From contig JAPMXV010000041.1 in the NCBI GenBank assembly GCA_026936335.1, positions 62,001-126,000 on the forward strand: a stretch of DNA of 64,000 nt. The letters run 5' to 3'. Within the stretch, counting starts at the first letter, position 1. Every line of letters starts with the position of its first letter. This stretch comes from Mantamonas sphyraenae STR306. Taxonomy: Eukaryota; Protista; CRuMs. Of the stretch, positions 61,300-64,000 are shown one piece after another. The translations under genes and the position numbers were made by a program. Below the pieces are notes generated by a model. That model had not been told where the DNA came from. It saw only the letters and a list, made by a program, of their open reading frames with translations, and ran no database searches.

Positions 61300-61884
61300 A
61301 GAGGTGTCGACGCCCGGTTTTACGACGACCTCCACACTCGCAGGTCGACTCCAGTCTCGTCGGCCCACACTATATTCTTTGCGCGCATTCGTGCATCTGT
61401 GCGCTGCAGCCGTTCAAACTCGCGCCGCCGCATACGCACGTGCGGCTTCTCTTTCAGCTGAGAGATTCTTCAACTTTTTCAGTCGCAACTGATGCCGTTG
61501 GCAGAATATACACAGTGTAGCCAGGGAAACTCGAAGATGGAATTGTCTCGTCAAAGCCAGCCGCATCTCATCAAGATACGAGGCACTGTGCTTCGCTATA
61601 CGGCGGACAAGGGATCGTTTGTGGTGCGCCTGCAATTTTCTGGCCGCCCACCGGCACGAAGTGGAGTTGCCACACCTCCTGTGACACGAAACTGGGCAAC
61701 GTACTTGTGCACAGCACCTACGCTGACCTTCCAGTGCAAGGCTACCTGCTTCATTGATTGCGGGGTTTGCGTTCAGGTAGCCGTTTACTATGTTGAGACG
61801 CATCGCTTCCGGGATGGCTGAACCAGACTTGTACACCCCACCGTGTGTGTTGATCTTGAACGTTGGGTTCATTGCACTGGGCAT
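61300..61884 (-). pseudogene. Frameshifted, truncated IS630/Tc1-mariner transposase with a paired-like HTH
   Basis: INTHGGVYKSGSAIPEAMRLNIV..., VSVGAVHKYVAQFRVTG (shifted frame), YLDEMRLAL..VSLATLC...LRLKKL, and first catalytic motif VWADETGVD (61345-61370). No second D or E motif found. Confidence 0.75.
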
Positions 61885-62315
61885 GTTGGTTTGGTGACAA
61901 TTGCTGATCCGTCAGGTTGGCGTCTGGTGCGCCTTGTCCATCACACCTGCTTGACATCCCTTCTCGTCCACACAATGCATTATTCGCAAGGATTCATTGT
62001 TTCCATTGTATAGATGACTTTGGTAAGCTTCTTTCAGTGCACGTGGAAACCGAGGGGGAGTGGGAACGATTGGCCGATAGAGCACAGCCATGAGCACACG
62101 CCAAACCGGGGTGTGAACATCTCTGTGATCACAAAGAACCCACAGAGGAGTGATATCATGCCTCGGTGAACATTCTATGTGTTTCTGGGCGTTGTTCTCG
62201 GTGGTGGAGCCATGTTCACGCTCAATTGCAACCAACTGAGCGCGAGTGTCGTGGCAAACAAAAAAATCGCAATCGAAGGGGCACCATTGAGCAGATCGAC
62301 TTGTGGGCAGCGGTG

Positions 62316-63935
62316 ATGGGAAACAGTAGTGAGGACAAACAACGCCGTGGACACGCGGGCGATGATGAAGATGAGGATGCGGTGGAAGACGTTGATCTCC
62401 ACGATGATGATGATGATGATGATGTTGATCGTGTCATGAGGTTGGAACGCAGGCCACCAGAGGATCGACGTGGCATGGCGTATTGGGTGTTTGTGCTCCT
62501 GGGTGCGGGCTTCCTGTACCCGTGGAACATCTTCATCACGGCGGTGGACTTTTTCCAGTTTCGATACCCGCGGGTGGGGATTGAGTTTGCCTTTTCGTTG
62601 GCGTACATGTTGCCTGTGTTTGTGTTTCTGGGTGTCATGGTGCGCTACGGCAACCGGTTTACATTCACCAAGCGCATCCTGCCTGGGTTTGTGTTGTGGT
62701 TTGGCATCCTGCTGGTGGTGCCGTGGCTGAACAACGAGCCGAGCCTGTTGGCCTCTGGATTCGCCCTCACCTTTACTCTGATCTGCATGGTGCTCATTGG
62801 TGTGGGCGACGCCATTGTGCAATCCTCTTTGTATGGGATGGCCGGTCTGTTTCCGCCCATCTACTCGCAAGCCATCCAGGCGGGCAACGGCGTGGCTGGC
62901 ACCAGCGTGGCTCTGCTGCGCATCGTCACCAAGGCCTCCATGCCGGCCAACGAACAGGGGCTCATCGAATCCACCTACCTCTACTTTTACCTGGGCGCCT
63001 TTGTGATGATCCTCTGTGTTCTGGGCTACCTGTGGCTCATACGCATGCCGTTTGTGCAGTTTTACCTGCAGCGAGCGCAGGCAGGAGGAGACGACACAGC
63101 AGCGTCGGCGGCGTCGGGCGACACGTTGGCGCTGGAGGACATGACACATACACACAGCAGGCACACAGAGACAAGCGACGGGTACTTGGAGGGGGAAGGA
63201 GCAGGTGGGGTCGATGAGGACAGCGACCAGGTGGGCCTGGTGGCCACGGGAGGAGGGGATTCCATGGTGGGGCTTGCCAAGGCGGAGGAAAAGGAGGCAG
63301 CAGCTCGGTTGAGGATGGCAGACACGTTGAATTACAGACGCATCATACGAGCCATTGCAGTGGATGCTTGCACCGTGTTCTTTGTGTTTTTTGTCACCCT
63401 CATGCTGTTTCCGGGCATGGTGACGCTGGTGAAGAGCACCGACGAGAGCGTGGGTGATTGGTGGCCTGTCATCACCATTGTAGGTTGGGGACACAGGGGA
63501 GAAAGGGGGAATGGGGGAAGATGCATGTCAACACACATCTGACACAACACACACACACATGCACACATGCACACATGCACACAGGCATTGTTTGATGTCA
63601 GTGATCTTGTGGGCAAATCCCTGCCTGCACAGGAGTGGGCTCGTCGTCCAAGCAGACGTACGGTGGCATGGGTGGCATTGTTGCGAGTGGCATTCATTCC
63701 CGTGTTTGTGCCCATGGCCCTGGGGTACATGGTGAACGACGTGCTGTTTGTGCTGCTCATGCTTGTCTTTGGCCTCTCCAACGGCTACTGCACAAGTCGT
63801 GCCATGTCCAATGGTCCCCAGAACGTACGTGTTCACGAACGTGAGCTTGCTGGCATCATCATGTCCTTTGCCCTCGTCGGTGGGTTGACCTTTGGGGCAA
63901 TTGCGGGCGCGGTGATCAACGCCTCGATGGTGTAG
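62316..63935 (+). CDS. Equilibrative nucleoside transporter (SLC29/ENT); intron 63480-63584
   Basis: PPEDRRGMAYWVFVLLGAGFLYPWNIFITAVDFF, QSSLYGMAGLFPPIYSQAIQAGNGVAG, FFVTLMLFPG, FDVSDLVGK, FGLSNGY. Confidence 0.93.
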
Positions 63936-64000
63936 AGTGTTCAAACATCCACCAACATACGATCCAAATCAGGGGCATCTGCCACCGACCACAGTTTGCC

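Larger units (their letters stand above)
53620..61884 (-). mobile_element. Fanzor-carrying IS630/Tc1-mariner-associated element (probably non-autonomous or relic); boundary at the transposase end unresolved
   Basis: Same-strand order: transposase relic, tandem array, USP-Fanzor gene, hairpin RNA, TA. The block lacks the host's CAG/GAC microsatellites and tight gene spacing. Confidence 0.65.

Overview
Gene-dense, GC-rich eukaryotic (protist-type) DNA with short GT-AG introns rich in (CA)n/(GT)n and many CAG/GAC microsatellites in coding sequence. EF-1alpha lacks the opisthokont-specific insertion, so the host is probably a non-opisthokont. About 23 host genes can be read, including BCAS3/ATG18-like, an LRR protein, HUB1, an ABC1 kinase, RPS4, a PCM1-like protein, MTHFR (with an intronic C/D snoRNA), two EF-1alpha copies in a ~2.8 kb inverted duplication, METTL26, an RGS-DH-PH-DEP RhoGEF, a GILT-like protein, Rab32, an ankyrin protein, an EEF1AKMT2-like methyltransferase, an LRR-PH-PLAT-Ubl protein, a GPCR, paxillin, GCP5, VPS35 and an ENT transporter. 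The main finding is a foreign-looking ~8 kb block (about 53620-61900, minus strand). From 5' to 3' it holds a decayed IS630/Tc1-mariner transposase, a 143-bp tandem array, and a spliced ~1860-aa gene. That gene joins an N-terminal USP-type (C19) deubiquitinase domain to a C-terminal Fanzor1/TnpB-type RuvC nuclease with all three catalytic residues present. Right after its stop codon lies a four-hairpin candidate omega-RNA that ends at a TA. All calls come from motif recognition by eye; no database search was run.
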